A stretch of 63,746 nt of DNA, the filler included, from Octopus bimaculoides (lineage: Eukaryota): NCBI RefSeq assembly GCF_001194135.2. It is 4 parts of 4 records of this genome, joined end to end, with 100 filler letters (N's around TTAATTAATTAA, not from the genome) between each part and the next. Parts side by side here need not be neighbours in the genome. Positions count along the whole stretch, not along the records: positions 58,801 to 63,746 come from NC_068981.1; 3 more parts are not named here. The stretch is one strand, 5' to 3'. Positions 61,063-63,746 of the stretch are shown one piece after another (the stretch's first letter is position 1; each line of letters opens with the position of its first letter). The notes beneath the pieces were generated by a model. That model ran no database searches, was not told where the DNA came from, and saw nothing but the letters and a program-made list of their open reading frames with translations. The position numbers and the translations under genes are program-made.

Positions 61063-63712
61063 ACATATATATATATGCATGTATTTATATTTGTCTGTAT
61101 GTATGCATATATGCGTATTTGATCAGGTGTCAGTCGACGAAGAACAAACCGAGCAGAAACTCTCGTTATGTGAATTTAATCGTACATAATACTCATTTCG
61201 TAATTCTCTCATGGGATATGCTAGTAGTATTTAGTATATGATTTATAGCCAATCTTCTGTCATCTATCATTTTGTGGATAGGTGTAGCACGGTCAGAACT
61301 TAGGTTATTTTCAAAACTCTCCCTTCGCCTTCTTAATTCAGCTGCTTATTTATGCACTACTGATAATACTTGAGCGACATCCCCTAATACAACAACGTTT
61401 TCAGGGTGAATGTCGTTTGTGGTTAAAAGCTTATTCTGCAGGGACTTGATAACATGACGAAGCAACATTTTATCCCATTTTTTAAAGAGAATTCGCTACT
61501 AGTTTCCTTTGTATTCTTGTTGGAATAGCCACGTGTTGAAATTAATACTGACACGATTTCACATCTCTAGCATCCCTCCTTCATAGGTGGTCGATGATTT
61601 TTTCAACCCACCCACATATACATGTCTCCCAATGCAAAATATAGTTTGAAGTAGACGCATTCACACATACATAAAGAATGCTGCTGCTGTTATTATATAT
61701 GTGTGTGCATAGATGTATGACAATATTCTCTCCGGTGCAAAATTCGATTTGAAATTTGATATTGTTATTATAATTTATTTATTTATTTAGTGTGTAATAT
61801 TATTTACACAAAAAATGACAATGCGTACTTGAGAAAACGTCATTAGAACATTACAGCTTTGGTTTGATGATTAAATATATGATTATTCTTTTTTAAAACA
61901 TGAGGAATTTTTTTTTAATTTGCAAAATTATTTTCTTTAGAATTGTGTTTTATTAATTATATTTTTCTACGGTTCTTAAAACCATGCAAATTTTCTACCT
62001 ACCGAAAATTAAATGTGGAAACTCCGTGTATATCTTTGGTAACACATTCCAAAAAAAATAATATAGATGAATATTCGCCGCAGATAAGGAGAAAAAGGAA
62101 TATTTCCCTTCTAAAATATTTTAGCAGCTTTAAAATATAGTATGGTTGAAATAGCTCTGCATAGAGACAACGAATATTCACCTGATATCAACGTGTACAC
62201 TTTCCACAGCCTCCTCGTCATTGTACTATTGCCCTTGTTGAGTATCTGGCTGCCTCAATTTAACCAGTTATTTTGTGAGTTAACATCAAGATGGGAATCG
62301 ACATCATCGAGCTTCACATGCATGCCGTCTCTAAAATTTCCAAAAGTTCGGTGCATATTTTCAGCTACAAGCTAACTTTACGGCTCTTATATTTAAAAAG
62401 AAACCGCGTATTTGAGCATTCTGAAAATATCTCATTGAGATTTTGCTTGACTTCAAGCTTATCGTGAATTATGTACCGAATACCAGAGAAAAATGAAAGA
62501 AATTCTTTAATTTTTGCTTTATGCAAGGCTAGATATTTTAGTTTGAGTTATAGAAAATTTGCTGCAATTGTTTGGTTCACAGAGTTTGCATAGAATTTTA
62601 TTAGAGCGAGCTTCACACATAATAGTATCTAGAAGAGGCTTTTCGTTCAGGAAATTTTCTTTTATAGAATTGCTTTAGGCTGAGATGCGAAAAACCAATG
62701 CAGATGATTCATTCACGTAAAAAGAAGTTATCTACGCTGATCCCTGCTATGAAAAAAAAAGACCCTACACTTTCAGATCACTAGATATTCACAACCGATC
62801 ATTAAAATTTATAGTTACAAAAGGTGCTTTATACAGCCATACCTACCGTTGGTATAGGTGAGTATCGCATTGGGATATTTAGCTACAATTTACCAGTACG
62901 TACCAAAAAATATCAATCTAAGCATTAAAAATCTATGAATAGCTTCCTCAAGTTAGTTTCTGGTTTGCAAATTTTCCATGCGACCTGATTTATCAGTGTA
63001 CGCATACGAATGTCATATTAAAGACATAGGCTAAACGTCTGTATAGTTTGTAAGAAACCGAATATAGACTCCAGTGTTAAGTTGGTTATATTCGTTTGCC
63101 CCCGACATCTAATTCATGCACAGTGCATTACATTAATATTTCGCTCTGCTTGAACATTTTATGTATATTTACTTTAATAATGTCGATAAGAAGACGTGAA
63201 ATCTTCTTTCAATCCAGTTTTGAATCTGAAAAGAAGCACTGTATTTGAAGGGTCTCTCGAATGAGAATGCAATCACAATGTGAAAGTAATTGTACAGTGG
63301 AGAAAAAGAAACCATATTCGAAACTTATCATCTATTTTAGAATTCCAATACCTAGAAAATTAACAGTGTCGTATTAGAAAGCTTATTAATGGCTACAATC
63401 TCTGGTTTTTGTCATGAAATGTTTACTCAAATTGATATGCACTTCACGCGGGCTAAAATAAATGTAGGAGGTCAATGTCTTACCAAAACACATCTTAAAT
63501 AAGTGTACAAATTGTACACCTACGACATGATTTAAATTTCCTTATGATTTAAGAAAACATACATACATGTATGTATATGCATACATACATCCATACATAC
63601 ACACATGCACACACACACATATATTGTTTAATGCATGCATGTTTGTGTGTATATATATATATATATAACATATATATACGTAAATATTTATCTATCAATC
63701 AATCTCTCTCTG

Positions 63713-63746
<34 letters not shown>

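Overview
AT-rich eukaryotic genomic DNA from a gappy draft assembly. It is most likely octopus or another cephalopod (inference from the repeat families and the dense (TA)n/(CA)n/(AAT)n/(GAT)n microsatellites). There are no prokaryotic features, CRISPR arrays or intact long ORFs; almost all ORF-track entries are microsatellite or N-run artefacts. Supported content: (1) three phase-compatible exons of an unidentified minus-strand gene (18885 to 13047) and candidate plus-strand exons of a convergent gene (6.8-8.6 kb), all in a CpG-poor, SINE-rich domain at about 1-21 kb; (2) degraded retroelements: an RTE LINE with a PHD-like insert interrupted by a solo LTR with a 4-bp TSD, a CR1-type RT fragment, several R4/Dong-type fragments, an RTE end with C2H2 fingers, and a Penelope-like element with GIY-YIG endonuclease and a degenerate hammerhead core; (3) three tRNA-derived SINE families plus many RTE 3' tails; (4) DNA transposon relics (hAT MITE with 8-bp TSD, Tc1/mariner MITE nested in a Tigger/pogo-like element, mariner transposase remnant, two fold-back elements); (5) several minisatellites seeded from inside retroelements, including a 32-bp x 4 higher-order repeat and two oppositely oriented ~132-bp arrays. 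I found no convincing novel protein-coding system. The most unusual signals are the retroelement-seeded tandem arrays, the fold-back structures and the CpG domain architecture. All alignments were done by eye and most repeat boundaries are approximate.
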